The notes: a model not told the origin generated them from the letters alone. A stretch of 64,000 bases of DNA from an uncultured virus (IMG/VR IMGVR_UViG_3300049167_000097) (IMGVR_UViG_3300049167_000097), one strand, 5' to 3'; counted from the stretch's first letter, positions 18,660 through 28,769 are shown. Made by a program: numbers and translations.

Positions 18660-19043
18660 TTAGACGCCTTGAGGAGCGCCCGGCTTGATCGGGCTGGTCT
18701 GCTCCAGCTTCGTTTCGGAGAGGGGCGGGGTGAGCATGGAGCGTTCCACGATGGCGAGGACGGTTGCGATGCTGCCCATCCAGAGGGCCTGTCGGTCGGC
18801 GGACCAGTCGAGGCCGAGGCCGACGAACAACGACATGACTGCCTGCGCGGTCTGGAGGATCGCGGCGGCCCACGCCCCGGTCTTTACGATGATGGCCAGG
18901 AGGATGGCCACGACGCCGGCGGCGATGGCGTTGATGCCGGTCTGCACGCCTTCGGAGACATCGAGTTCGTAGCCGAGGAGCTTGACCGCAGCGGCAATCA
19001 TGCCGAGTAGGAGTGCGGGTTCACGTCCGAGCAGTCTGGTCAT
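18660..19043 (-). CDS. Probable holin
   Basis: GREPAL start, about 4 hydrophobic helices, downstream of endolysin. Confidence 0.7.
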   Translation of the reverse strand: MTRLLGREPALLLGMIAAAVKLLGYELDVSEGVQTGINAIAAGVVAILLAIIVKTGAWAAAILQTAQAVMSLFVGLGLDWSADRQALWMGSIATVLAIVERSMLTPPLSETKLEQTSPIKPGAPQGV

Positions 19044-19055
19044 ACCTGGTCCCTT

Positions 19056-19463
19056 CTAGACGGGTTGGGCGAGTTGGCGGCAGCCGATGACGGTGCCGGT
19101 GGAGTTGCGGACTTCCCGGTACGGGACGAGGAGGTCGGTGCGGCCCTGAGGTAGGAGGGCCAGCGCGACGACGAGGGAGACGACGTAGCGGACGCCGTCC
19201 TGCTTGCGTGGGACGTTCGCGCGGTGGCCGAACTCGACGAGTTCGATGCCGCCGCCCTGCGTGCCCAGCTCGATGGTCGAGAGCCGAGCCGGCTCGTCCT
19301 CTGGCTCGATGACCTTGACGAGGTGCAGCTCAAGGTCGTCGATGCCGTCCTCGCGCTCGTTGCTGTACAGCCGGATTGGGTGTGGGGTCAGATTGAGGAT
19401 CACGACGCGCCCCTCTCCGCCTGTCGCGCGAGCCAGCGTCGGATCGTCGTCGATGGCCGTCAT
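19056..19463 (-). CDS. Hypothetical protein (NLTPH motif)
   Basis: AGGAGG RBS. Confidence 0.65.
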   Translation of the reverse strand: MTAIDDDPTLARATGGEGRVVILNLTPHPIRLYSNEREDGIDDLELHLVKVIEPEDEPARLSTIELGTQGGGIELVEFGHRANVPRKQDGVRYVVSLVVALALLPQGRTDLLVPYREVRNSTGTVIGCRQLAQPV

Positions 19464-19650
19464 CGGCGCTTCCTCCTGGACCGGTATTTGCGGGTGGTGA
19501 CCTGCACGGTCCGGCGTGTGCGGATGTTGGTGACGACGTGCATCAGGGAGCGGTACACCTCGTCCTGCTGGAGCAGGATCATCTACTCGCCGATGCCCCT
19601 GAAATCAGCGGCCTGCGCGGGATCGGCCCGGAGATCAGTAGCGGAGCCGC

Positions 19651-20586
19651 TCATGCGACGACCTTGAAGCCGTAGCGCTTGCCGAGGCGGGTGAGGGAGT
19701 CTCGGCCGGGGATGCCGTCTGCGGCCCTGCCGGTGTAGCCGCCGCCAGCCTTGGAGCGCTGCCACTTGGCGTATGCGGCGACGGTGCTGGTGCCGAAGTG
19801 CCCGTCGGAGTAGGGCTTGGCGAGGAGGCCGGCGTCGACGAGGGCGGTTTCGACGATGCGGACACCCGTGTAGGTGACCGGGGTGCCGGAGCGGCCGGGG
19901 TCGGTCTTGGCTGCGGTGATGAGCCGGGAGAGGTCGACGGTGGGTGCCTTCGGCGGCGGCAGGGGGGCGGCTGGCGTGGTCGGTTTCGGAGTGGTGCCGA
20001 GGCGGCTGGCGATCCGGGTCCGCATGCTGTCCATCGAGAAGCCGCGGGGGTCGACCTTGCCGGGCTGCCACTCCTCGTGCCCGATGACCGACCGCTGCGA
20101 CCAGCCGTGGGCACGGCAGATCGCGGCCGCGGCCTTCTCGATCGCCTCCAACTGCGCCGCCGGCCACGGGTCTTTGCCGTCGCCGAGGTTGACGCACTCG
20201 AAGCCGTAGAAGTGGCGGTTGCCGTCGGTGTTGGCCTCGTTGTCGGCGGGCAGCGTCGCCGACTCGTTGATCACGGCCCGCAGCACGTCGTCGTCGCCGA
20301 GGCCGGCGTGGTTGGCCCGGCCGTTGCCGACCAGGTACACCGTCCCGTCCTTGGCGATGACGCCGTGGCACAGCGGGCCGGGCAGACTGGAGTGGCCGTT
20401 GTAGCAGAGCTCGACGGAGCTCGAGGTACCGGACGTGACGGTGTGATGGATCATCACGCCGTTGACCGGGCCCCAGGGGCCCTTGTGGTTGCGGTTGTTG
20501 GTCCGCCAAGACCGGTGTTCTACGACCTTGAGGCCCTCGTTGCGGAGGGCGCTGAGGAGTCTGTCGGCGCTGAATGGTGTGGCCAT
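19651..20586 (-). CDS. Endolysin: N-acetylmuramoyl-L-alanine amidase with PG-binding domain
   Basis: VMIHHT, GRANHAG, GFECVN, VIGHEEW..GKVDP; DGHFG...ADGIPG. Confidence 0.9.
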   Translation of the reverse strand: MATPFSADRLLSALRNEGLKVVEHRSWRTNNRNHKGPWGPVNGVMIHHTVTSGTSSSVELCYNGHSSLPGPLCHGVIAKDGTVYLVGNGRANHAGLGDDDVLRAVINESATLPADNEANTDGNRHFYGFECVNLGDGKDPWPAAQLEAIEKAAAAICRAHGWSQRSVIGHEEWQPGKVDPRGFSMDSMRTRIASRLGTTPKPTTPAAPLPPPKAPTVDLSRLITAAKTDPGRSGTPVTYTGVRIVETALVDAGLLAKPYSDGHFGTSTVAAYAKWQRSKAGGGYTGRAADGIPGRDSLTRLGKRYGFKVVA

Positions 20587-20631
20587 GAGTTCTCCTGCGG
20601 GTGGCGGGGGCGTCCCTCGCGAAACGCTTGA

Positions 20632-20678
20632 CCTTTGAATCATAGGTCAATGGGTCGGCTACGCCTACGAATCTAAGG
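20632..20678. promoter_or_regulatory. Paired 15-bp operator-like motifs in divergent lysis/cassette promoter
   Basis: CCTTTGAATCATAGG (20632) and CCTACGAATCTAAGG (20664). Confidence 0.65.
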
Positions 20679-20797
20679 TGATTGGGTATGCTCGGGGTTG
20701 TGAGGCCACACCGGTCGAGGCCTCGCCCCGCGGCGGGCCCGGCTGTGCGGGTCCGGCCCGCCGCCCTCAACCCGCACCACCCGCACACGGAGGCACC

Positions 20798-21838
20798 ATG
20801 TCCGAGCACTCCCACGCTCAGTTCCCCTACGCCGACGGTGACGTGACCGCCCTGGGGCCCGAGGTCTTCGCCGACAAGACCGGCAGCGTCATCTGCTGGA
20901 AGGGCGTGAACTACGTCCGTCAGGACGACTTGCACCAAGCCCACGAGCGCCGCCGGGCCAAGGAACAGCAGCTCGACGGCATCCGGCGAGCACTGTGCGA
21001 CATCGGTGCCATGACAGACGACGATCCGTACTCACACGCCGACCTGGAGGACGTCATTCGACGGCGTCCGGCCCGGCCCGCGACCGTCGAGGTTCAGGGT
21101 CGCTGCCCTGCCTGCAACGGCGGCTCATTGTTTCTGAGCGACGAGGGACACGTCGTTTGCACATGTCCAGACTGCCCAGCCCCCGGCGAAGCGGATGCCC
21201 TGCTGCACGGTAAGGAGTCAGTGCACGCGCTCGCCCAGCTTCTTGGTGGTGACGGACCTGCGCACGGCATGGCCCTCTGCCTCTCCGCCCACAAGCGCAG
21301 CGCTGCCGACGTGCGGCAGATGGCTGATGAAGAACTGCTCGCGGTCCCCGGACTCAACGAGGCGTCCCTCGCCCGGATCCGCGCGGCACTGCCTGCGCAG
21401 AAGCCCACTTCCTGTCTGCACGATGTCGAGATACGGGATGCGCGCGAGTACATGCGACTCGGCCACGAGCCGGGCCGGTCCTCCGGCACCATCTATCTAA
21501 CCGGCGACAAAGACAGTCGCCTCGTCATCGACGGTCAGTTGATGACCGTGTCGAGCGAGCACCCCGTAGTCGTGCAGCCCTTCTTCGACGGCGATGAGGG
21601 CGGCACAGTAACCGTCACGCTCGTCTGCAAGACCATCCTCGGGATCGATACAAGGGCTGGCACGCCACGACCGAAGCACGAGGGCGGTCGCCCATACAGC
21701 TACTCCGAGCTCGCTGCCGAGGGTTGGAACTTCTGCGAGGGGTGCCGCTCTTGGGGGCAGTGGTCGCCTGGCCAGCCTCACGACTGCTCGATGTCCCACA
21801 TGAAAGGCCCTGCGTCTACGGGGACGAGTGATGGCTGA
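20798..21838 (+). CDS. Multidomain protein: Zn-ribbon (DUF6085-like) plus RNAP alpha-CTD/HhH-like segment
   Basis: VQGRCPAC...VCTCPDCPAP; DEELLAVPGLNEASLARIRAAL. Confidence 0.6.
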   Translation: MSEHSHAQFPYADGDVTALGPEVFADKTGSVICWKGVNYVRQDDLHQAHERRRAKEQQLDGIRRALCDIGAMTDDDPYSHADLEDVIRRRPARPATVEVQGRCPACNGGSLFLSDEGHVVCTCPDCPAPGEADALLHGKESVHALAQLLGGDGPAHGMALCLSAHKRSAADVRQMADEELLAVPGLNEASLARIRAALPAQKPTSCLHDVEIRDAREYMRLGHEPGRSSGTIYLTGDKDSRLVIDGQLMTVSSEHPVVVQPFFDGDEGGTVTVTLVCKTILGIDTRAGTPRPKHEGGRPYSYSELAAEGWNFCEGCRSWGQWSPGQPHDCSMSHMKGPASTGTSDG

Positions 21839-22262
21839 GTCGCTGGAGGCCCGGGTCGCCGCAAAGGTGCGCCGGCTGCGCGAGGACCGCGGCTGGACGC
21901 AGGAGCAGCTGGCGACGGCGCTCGGCAAGAAGTCCGGCATCACGGTGTGGGGCCTCGAGAACGGGCGGCGCCACATCAACTTGGCCGACCTCGAAGCGCT
22001 CGCCGCACTGTTCGAAATCGCCCCAGAGGACTTCCTCGCCGAGCAGCCCGCTGGCGTGGCGACCGTGCCGGTCGATGCTCTAGACCGGCTGGTGCGGGTG
22101 GCGATGTGGGTGTCCCGCGGCCGGTCGATGGCATTCGCGCCGGATCCGCTGCTCGGCGGCGTCTACCCCGACGCGACCGCGCGGGCCGGTCTCGGACTCT
22201 TGGACGAAGCAGGACTCCTCGACGCCTACAAGCAGTCCGGACCGAGCGAGGGGAAGCCGTGA
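21831..22262 (+). CDS. XRE HTH regulator
   Basis: VRRLREDRGWTQEQLATALG...WGLENGRR. Confidence 0.85.
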   Translation: MAESLEARVAAKVRRLREDRGWTQEQLATALGKKSGITVWGLENGRRHINLADLEALAALFEIAPEDFLAEQPAGVATVPVDALDRLVRVAMWVSRGRSMAFAPDPLLGGVYPDATARAGLGLLDEAGLLDAYKQSGPSEGKP

Positions 22263-22666
22263 GCAGCAGCTACTACATCCTTTGCCTGTCCCACGATCCC
22301 GCCACTACCGTGCGCGAGTGCAGCACACCGGAGACGGCCGCAGCGGTTATCAAGGCCGGCATCGAGGCACACACCGGCTGCGACCTGCTCATCGAACGGG
22401 TTTCCGGCGGCCCCGTCGAGTACGGCTGCCCGCCCCACGACACGCGGCACGCCGGCCCGCACTGCTACCACCGGGACGTGGCGTGGGTTGACATCGAGTG
22501 GCTGCAACTTCTCGGCCGCGCTCACATCTCAACGGACCCAGGCGTGCAGGACGCCATCAAGCGGGGGCACTTCCGTTGCTGGACGCGGGACCGGCTTCAC
22601 CGGCTCCGCCACTCCCTCGGTACCGCCGAAGAGTTGGAGGTACGCCCGTGGGGTTGCGACGGCTAA
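22259..22666 (+). CDS. Hypothetical protein (SSSYYILCLSHDPA)
   Basis: GTGA coupling. Confidence 0.65.
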   Translation: MSSSYYILCLSHDPATTVRECSTPETAAAVIKAGIEAHTGCDLLIERVSGGPVEYGCPPHDTRHAGPHCYHRDVAWVDIEWLQLLGRAHISTDPGVQDAIKRGHFRCWTRDRLHRLRHSLGTAEELEVRPWGCDG

Positions 22667-22680
22667 GTGATGGGGAGCCG

Positions 22681-22995
22681 GTGCCGATCAATGCGCACGT
22701 CATTGAGTATGACGTGACACCAGGCCTGCCGCAGTGGATCAGTGAGCAGATCGACCAGGCGCAGGCGGCGGCAGAGATCGACTCCGCCGCAGATCGATGG
22801 TGCGCAGCACATCGAAAGATCCTCGAAGCGCATTCGCTCACGACGAGCGTCATCCCGCCCGGATACGGCGAGCACACGGCTGGCTTCGGCTGCGAGACCT
22901 GCCACAACTGGGACGGCATCACCGAAGGCAAGGGCAACTGCGCCACCATCCTCGCCCTCGCCGAAGGCTACGGACTCGACGAGGAGACGACGTGA
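22681..22995 (+). CDS. Hypothetical protein (DUF6221-like C-terminus)
   Basis: CAAHRKILEAH...CETC...CATILALAEGY. Confidence 0.55.
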   Translation: MPINAHVIEYDVTPGLPQWISEQIDQAQAAAEIDSAADRWCAAHRKILEAHSLTTSVIPPGYGEHTAGFGCETCHNWDGITEGKGNCATILALAEGYGLDEETT

Positions 22996-23354
22996 GCGAT
23001 TCCCCTTGCCCGTTCTGCGAGATCGTTGCTGGCCGTGCTCCAGCAGCCATTGTGCGCGAGTGGTCCGAGGCCATCGCCATCGTCCCGCTCAATCCTGTCG
23101 TCGACGGTCACATCTTGGTCATTCCCCGCGATCACGTCACCGACTTCGCCGACGGCCCCAGCACCGCAGCGGACACCATGCTGTGCGCCAGCCTCCTCGC
23201 GCGGGAGACCGAGTCACCCATGAACCTGATCACCAGCCGGGGCCGTGAGGCCACGCAGTCGGTGTTCCACCTGCACCTCCACCTCGTCCCGCGCGCCGAA
23301 AACGACGGTCTCGCCCTGCCCTGGTACTCCGGGCGGCAGAGGCGGTCGGCATGA
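22992..23354 (+). CDS. HIT-family nucleotide hydrolase
   Basis: CPFCEIV, GHILVIP, QSVFHLHLHLVPR (HxHxH). Confidence 0.9.
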   Translation: MSDSPCPFCEIVAGRAPAAIVREWSEAIAIVPLNPVVDGHILVIPRDHVTDFADGPSTAADTMLCASLLARETESPMNLITSRGREATQSVFHLHLHLVPRAENDGLALPWYSGRQRRSA

Positions 23355-23536
23355 CAGCGCCATGGCTCGTGCGGCAGACCGCCGGAGACGTGGTGCACAC
23401 GGCGCCCTTGGACGACGGCATCGTGCACGAGTTCACGACTGAGTGCCTCTGCGGGCTGACAGTGCTGCCCGTCGATGATGGCGGCATCGTCGTCCACCAC
23501 AGCCTGGATGCGCGCGAAGGGGCGGAGCAGTCGTGA
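23351..23536 (+). CDS. Small hypothetical protein
   Basis: ATGA coupling; CLCG...VVHHSLDARE. Confidence 0.6.
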   Translation: MTAPWLVRQTAGDVVHTAPLDDGIVHEFTTECLCGLTVLPVDDGGIVVHHSLDAREGAEQS

Positions 23537-23835
23537 CCGCAAAGCCCCTTGCCGTCGGCGACGTGATCCACGGCTTCGCATACGGCACCTTCGGCCGCGA
23601 CCACTTTCACTGCGTGAAGGTGGAAGCCGTCGGCCCCGACTGGATCGTCGCCCGCCACCCCGACAGCGAAATCCCCCGCCCGTACTTCGCCGCAGGACCG
23701 TACTCCCTCAGGCTCTGCCAACAGGCCCGCGACGAGGGCCACACAGTGCCCTACGGCGAGCCGCCCGAGCCGTGCCCACTCCAAAACCCTGCAGAATCAC
23801 TCACCACGTGGAGGGCATGCGATGGCGCAGGATGA
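23533..23835 (+). CDS. Hypothetical protein (GDVIHGFAYGTFGRD)
   Basis: GTGA coupling; last gene of plus-strand cassette. Confidence 0.6.
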   Translation: MTAKPLAVGDVIHGFAYGTFGRDHFHCVKVEAVGPDWIVARHPDSEIPRPYFAAGPYSLRLCQQARDEGHTVPYGEPPEPCPLQNPAESLTTWRACDGAG

Positions 23836-23919
23836 GCTCCGGACCTTTCGGCTCTTCGGCAAGCTGTACTGGTGGGATCGCGATGGCGGCCGGCTCGTCC
23901 TGCGGCGTGCGAAGTGGAT

Positions 23920-24171
23920 TCAGGAAGCCCGCACGACACGGACGGCAAGCTGCTGCCCGTAAGCGGCCCGGTACTGGTCGGGCGTCCACGCCTGCCCGGC
24001 CGCGAGGAAGACCGGGTCAAGGCGCGCCCCGCCCGGCATTTCCGTGTCCTCGATGACAGCCCAAGCGACGACGAGGCTCGCAGGCGGCACGCCCTCCACG
24101 TCCGCCCCCGCTGGCGCCGTGACCTGAACGGCCTGGCCCGGCGCCGCGGGAAGCATCGATTGGATCGTCAT
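23920..24171 (-). CDS. Hypothetical tail-associated protein
   Basis: ATGA coupling to tailspike. Confidence 0.6.
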   Translation of the reverse strand: MTIQSMLPAAPGQAVQVTAPAGADVEGVPPASLVVAWAVIEDTEMPGGARLDPVFLAAGQAWTPDQYRAAYGQQLAVRVVRAS

Positions 24172-25616
24172 GCGGTGGTGGACAGATTGCCGGTGGTGAT
24201 GCTGCCTGTCCCACCGAATTCGGTCTCCGCGACGCCCAAGGCGCCCTTGACGATCAGCACGTTGTTCGTGATCAGATTCGGGCCGGCGCCTCCGGACGCC
24301 TCCTCGCGGATCAGCCAGCCGGACTTGCCGGCCGTGGGTGAGGACGCGATCGAGTTGCCGGTGATCGAGTTATTCTTCGTGCCGAACTCCAAGTGGATGC
24401 CGGAAACCTGGCCGGTCAGCGTGCCGACCTCGCCCGGCGAGAAGATTGTGCAGGAGCTGACGACGTTGCCTGTCGCGGCGATGAACACACTGTCGCCTGC
24501 GGTCCCGTCGAAATTACACCCGACGATCTTTGTGGCCGAGCAGTCCTGAAGCCGAATCCCCTTCGTGTTGTTCGTGGCGCCCCCGACAAAGTTGCAGTCC
24601 GAGATGAACTGCGTGCCCGCCCGGTCGAGGATGCAGACCGCTGTCCCCCACGTCGTTCCGCCGGCCCCGCCGAGGAACTCAAAGTCGCAGGTCGTGATTT
24701 GGTTCTCGTCGGAGCTGTTGAGGTGAATGCCGCGGCCCGGTCCGGTGGAGGCCATGGACTCATCGAACAAGCAGTGGCTGATCCGGTTGTTATGCCCGAA
24801 GGCGCCGCCGTCCTGCCCGCCCAGGTAGAGGCAGTCGTCGCGGCAGGACGTGAAGTGGATGTTGTGGAACAAGGAGGCGACTGCTCCGGCGCCGTTGATG
24901 CCGCCCGAGTAGCCCGTGGTGCCCTGCTCCAGCGAATTTCCGTCGATCGTCATGTCGCGGACGATGACGCGCGTGTCCTCGCCGGTCATCTCAAAGATGA
25001 ACGTGTCCGCCCCACTGGCCAGCTTCAGGCGAGTCCCCCAGCCGGAGCCGGCGATCGTCAGGCCCTCCCCCGGCGGCAGGACGAGCGGCTCGCTGACGAT
25101 GTATTCCCCGGCCGGTATGTACAGGGTGGTCCGCGCTGTTGCTGCCGCGGTCACGGCCGCCTGGAGGGCGGCTGTGTCGTCGGTCGTTCCGTCGCCGACA
25201 GCTCCGTAGGCGTCGGCGGTGGCGATGACCCAGTCCACGATGTGCGGCAGCTTGCCTGGGTCGATCGCACCGTCCGGATTGAGCTTGAGCCAGCCGTCGG
25301 GCTGGTTCGCCAGGTCGAGGAAGTCGGCGAGGAGCTCGCCGAGGTTGGTGGCGGTCATGGCGTAGCGGCGGCCGTAGCCGAAGTCGGCGTACAGCTGGGT
25401 GACGTCGTCTGGGCCGTAGAAGGCCACGGCGCCGTCGCTGTCCGCGGTGACACCCGTCGTGGGGTTGCCGGACAGGTCGGTCAGGTCTGTGAGCTGTGTG
25501 CCGCCGGTACGGTCGGTCCACACGGTGCCTGCGGCGCCGGGCCTCAGCATGAGCTGCGTGCCGACGCGTTCCATGGCGTAGTCGCTCGGGCTGCCACCGA
25601 AGTGATACCTGGGCAT
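24168..25616 (-). CDS. Tailspike/receptor-binding protein with pectate-lyase-like beta-helix
   Basis: YGAVGDGTTDDTAALQAA...LYIPAGEY, then Asn/Ile/Gly beta-helix repeats. Confidence 0.8.
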   Translation of the reverse strand: MPRYHFGGSPSDYAMERVGTQLMLRPGAAGTVWTDRTGGTQLTDLTDLSGNPTTGVTADSDGAVAFYGPDDVTQLYADFGYGRRYAMTATNLGELLADFLDLANQPDGWLKLNPDGAIDPGKLPHIVDWVIATADAYGAVGDGTTDDTAALQAAVTAAATARTTLYIPAGEYIVSEPLVLPPGEGLTIAGSGWGTRLKLASGADTFIFEMTGEDTRVIVRDMTIDGNSLEQGTTGYSGGINGAGAVASLFHNIHFTSCRDDCLYLGGQDGGAFGHNNRISHCLFDESMASTGPGRGIHLNSSDENQITTCDFEFLGGAGGTTWGTAVCILDRAGTQFISDCNFVGGATNNTKGIRLQDCSATKIVGCNFDGTAGDSVFIAATGNVVSSCTIFSPGEVGTLTGQVSGIHLEFGTKNNSITGNSIASSPTAGKSGWLIREEASGGAGPNLITNNVLIVKGALGVAETEFGGTGSITTGNLSTTA

Positions 25617-25635
25617 GTGATTGTCCTTTCGGCGG

Positions 25636-26658
25636 TCAGGCCAGCCAGAGAGAGCCGTCGATGGTCAGCTCGCTACCCGCGCGCATCTCGTAGGGCGCGC
25701 CGTTCTTCAGGGTCTGAATGTTGACGGGTGCGTCGGCTCCGTTGCCGTCGGCCGTCGGGTAGCGGAAGGACGAAATTTTCGTCGTGGACTCGTCCGGCAG
25801 GATGAGCGCCATGCCCTGTACTCCGAAGCGGCCCGCGACGGGGAACTTCTCGGTGTAGATCCAGGGCAGCAGGCTCCGGTGAGCTGCCGTCGCCGGGTAC
25901 GCCGGCGGCAGGGACACCTGCAGGGGCTGGTCAATGTTCGCGGGGTTCACTGTCGGCGCCAGGTGGATGGTGAGGTGGGCGCGCTTGCCCATGACTTGGA
26001 GCCGCCCGATGTTCACGGCCCCGGTGCCCCAGTTGATGGCGGTGCCACCTGCGGTCCACACCGGGGTCCACGTGATCTCTTCCGCTCCGCCGCTGGCGAG
26101 CCACTTCCAGTCGACTCCGTCACCGACGTACAGGCTCGTGCCCTCGACGAGGAGCTGGCTCTTGATGGACGGTCGCCGGCCGCCAGGTACCGAGGGCACC
26201 GCGCCACGGTCGGTGAACCACCTTCGATCCTGCACGTTGGCGGCGGTGACCACAGATGAGCCAGCCGCGACGGTGCACTGGGCGAGGGGGATCTCGTAGA
26301 TTCCGCCCTCGTCGGAGTCCAGGGTGGGCGCGACGCTGCCGCCGGTCTTGTACACGGCGATGACTTCGTTCTCGCTCATGTCGCAGCGGAGGACAACCAT
26401 GTCGACTCGGGCGGATGTGCCCGCGTTGGGGGCGACACCCAGATTGAGCACTGCGTCGTTCTTGTAGTAGAAGCCGTTGACGAACGCCTCCCCCACGGCG
26501 ACCGCGACCGTGGCTGCTCCGCTGCCGGTGACCTTGAGAGCCGGAGAGCCATACTCCTCGGCGTGGACGCCGTCGATGCCCCAACGGCGCGCCATGCGGG
26601 ACCACTGGGCCTGGGTGGCGATCGGGGAGCCGTCGAACGGCGCGCTGAACTGGGCCAT
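25636..26658 (-). CDS. Minor tail/baseplate protein
   Basis: Position after hub; ARVDMVVLR...YEIPLAQ. Confidence 0.75.
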   Translation of the reverse strand: MAQFSAPFDGSPIATQAQWSRMARRWGIDGVHAEEYGSPALKVTGSGAATVAVAVGEAFVNGFYYKNDAVLNLGVAPNAGTSARVDMVVLRCDMSENEVIAVYKTGGSVAPTLDSDEGGIYEIPLAQCTVAAGSSVVTAANVQDRRWFTDRGAVPSVPGGRRPSIKSQLLVEGTSLYVGDGVDWKWLASGGAEEITWTPVWTAGGTAINWGTGAVNIGRLQVMGKRAHLTIHLAPTVNPANIDQPLQVSLPPAYPATAAHRSLLPWIYTEKFPVAGRFGVQGMALILPDESTTKISSFRYPTADGNGADAPVNIQTLKNGAPYEMRAGSELTIDGSLWLA

Positions 26659-27824
26659 TAGGCAGCCTTCCTTGTCTTGAGGCGCCCCACGTCCTTCTTG
26701 ACCTGGGCGATGTACCGGTAGATGCGGGCGACGGTGTTCTCGCCGTTCTCGGCTCCGACCGACGCTTTGACGGTGACGCCTTCGGCTGTGCTCGAGAGCG
26801 TGACTTCACGGACGACGTCGGTGATCCAGGTGGAGCGGACTTGCGCTGCGACGGTGTCGCCGACGCCGTAGTCGCGGCCGTACTGCAACTGTGGGATGTC
26901 GATCGGGGAGATGGCCAGGCTGCCCTTCCCGGCACCGTTGGTGAGGGCCTCTTCGGCGGCCTGGTCCATCTGTGCGATCAGGTCGACGGATGCTGTGTCG
27001 ACGCTCGTGAGGTCGATGAACTGCTCGACGACGAGCGTCGGGTAGAGCGGGTCGACGCGGTCGTAGATGGCGCAGGCTCGCGGGGAGGACTGTCCGCCGG
27101 CCACGACGACGGCCCGGGTGCAGGTTGGGCGGGTGGTCGTGTAGGAAGCATCGCTGAGGTTGCCGAGCCCGAAGGAGAAACGGGCGGTGCCGCTGCGGTC
27201 GACAGGCTCGTAGACCTGGAACTGGAGTGCTCCTCCGACTTGGACTACGCGGAAGCCCAACGCTGCCGCGCCACCGATGTCCTGGAGAACCGGCATGAGT
27301 CCGTCAAACTGCTGCACCTCCCGGGTCACGGCAGGGCCGTGGCCGCCGTCAGCGGCCAGTGTGAGCAGAGGGTGCTTGCGGTCGACCAGTGCGCCTGGGC
27401 CGGCGTTCAGGTTCACCAGGGTGCGCATCGCGGTCTCCGCCGCCACTGCTTCGATCTTGTACACGGTGTCGGCCTGCGAGCCGATCGCCGCGGTGGGAGC
27501 AGGCCAGCAGGTGTACTGGGCGAGGAGCGCCGTGTCCGACACTCCGGTGACGGTCAACTTCCCTGCTCCGGCATCGCTCTCCGAGCGCGACCAGTCGACA
27601 GAGCTGATCGGCCCCGAGTCGATCGTCACGCCGGCCGGGGTCTGGATGATGAGCCCGTTGCCCTCGTCAAGCAGGTCCGCCTTAGCGGAGTCGGCGGAGA
27701 TCTCCAGCGTGTAAGCGCCGATGGCGTTGAAGCGCGGGATCAGGCTGAGGCTGGTGTAGTCGTCGACTTGGCCGATCCGCTCGAGTGCGGGATTGCGGAC
27801 GTAGACGAGCAGGGGTGAGCCCAT
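26658..27824 (-). CDS. Siphovirus Gp37-like tail hub protein
   Basis: Position after Dit; YGRDYGVGDTV motif. Confidence 0.8.
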   Translation of the reverse strand: MGSPLLVYVRNPALERIGQVDDYTSLSLIPRFNAIGAYTLEISADSAKADLLDEGNGLIIQTPAGVTIDSGPISSVDWSRSESDAGAGKLTVTGVSDTALLAQYTCWPAPTAAIGSQADTVYKIEAVAAETAMRTLVNLNAGPGALVDRKHPLLTLAADGGHGPAVTREVQQFDGLMPVLQDIGGAAALGFRVVQVGGALQFQVYEPVDRSGTARFSFGLGNLSDASYTTTRPTCTRAVVVAGGQSSPRACAIYDRVDPLYPTLVVEQFIDLTSVDTASVDLIAQMDQAAEEALTNGAGKGSLAISPIDIPQLQYGRDYGVGDTVAAQVRSTWITDVVREVTLSSTAEGVTVKASVGAENGENTVARIYRYIAQVKKDVGRLKTRKAA

Positions 27825-27836
27825 TTGGTGTCCTCC

Positions 27837-28769
27837 TCACGCGGCCAGGTAGCGGAGCTGGTAGGTCATGCGGACGCGGGTGTCGCTCGTTGAGCCGGTC
27901 ACGGACAGTTCGAGGTCGTTCAGGTCAGGGGCGAGGGCCCACATCGATGAGTCGTCGGACAGGTCCGGCCACAGGTTCGTGCTGTCGTTGAGGAGGGCGG
28001 TCTGTCGGCGTTCGCGGGTGTCGATGACGATCGTGTCCGGCGCGGTGATGGTCCGGGTGAGGGTGAGGGTCTGGCCTGTCGTCACGTTGGTGAGGGTGAT
28101 TGCGGTGGCGGGGCCGTTGATCGTCCACACGGGGTAGGCGTCGTCGTCACCGGAGTTGTCGACGGTGACTTCGCCGAGTACCTGGGAGGCGCCGACGGTG
28201 AGCGGCAGGATCGGGAAGAACTCGGACCCGGTCTCGGTCTGCCAGGTGTGGCTGATCTCGCTGCCGAGCCAGTACGGGGACGGGCATGCGAAGGTGAGCG
28301 CGGTCTGGCACCAGCGCGCGCCGGCCGCGTCGCGGGTCTCGTCGCCCTCAAGGCCGTCGGTGTACAGGGCCTGGATGGTGCGGGTGGCGCCGTCGGGCTG
28401 TGTGAGCGTGAGCGTGCCCGGGCCGCGCTTGGGGTTGAGGGAGCGGATGAGGGCCCGTCGGCGCTCCAGATAGGCGGCGCGTGAGTCCTGCGCCCAGAAT
28501 GCGACGGGGATGACGATGTCCTTGCCCTGGGCGCGGACCTGTCGGATGGCGTAGCCGTCGATGCCTGGGGACTCGTCTCGCGTGACGGCGTAGGTGGGCA
28601 TGTCCAGGCCGCGCGGGCCTGGCGGAACTGTCCAGCCTCGCTCCCAGTCCGTGAACAGGGTGACCCTGCCGGAGGGGTCGGTGTAGGAGAGGGACGGCAT
28701 CTCCTGGAGCCGCTGAGGCCACTCCCACGGCGGCGGCTCGGGCACGAACGGCTTGACGAGGATGGGCAT
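27837..28769 (-). CDS. Distal tail protein (Dit)
   Basis: Directly after TMP; NSGDDDAYPVWTINGP. Confidence 0.8.
   Translation of the reverse strand: MPILVKPFVPEPPPWEWPQRLQEMPSLSYTDPSGRVTLFTDWERGWTVPPGPRGLDMPTYAVTRDESPGIDGYAIRQVRAQGKDIVIPVAFWAQDSRAAYLERRRALIRSLNPKRGPGTLTLTQPDGATRTIQALYTDGLEGDETRDAAGARWCQTALTFACPSPYWLGSEISHTWQTETGSEFFPILPLTVGASQVLGEVTVDNSGDDDAYPVWTINGPATAITLTNVTTGQTLTLTRTITAPDTIVIDTRERRQTALLNDSTNLWPDLSDDSSMWALAPDLNDLELSVTGSTSDTRVRMTYQLRYLAA

Noticed and set aside
19460..19654. In-frame TAG immediately followed by ATG in a short ORF after the endolysin (readthrough or recoding?)
   Set aside because: Single instance; other genes use TAG as a normal stop. Likely two tiny ORFs or a decayed gene.
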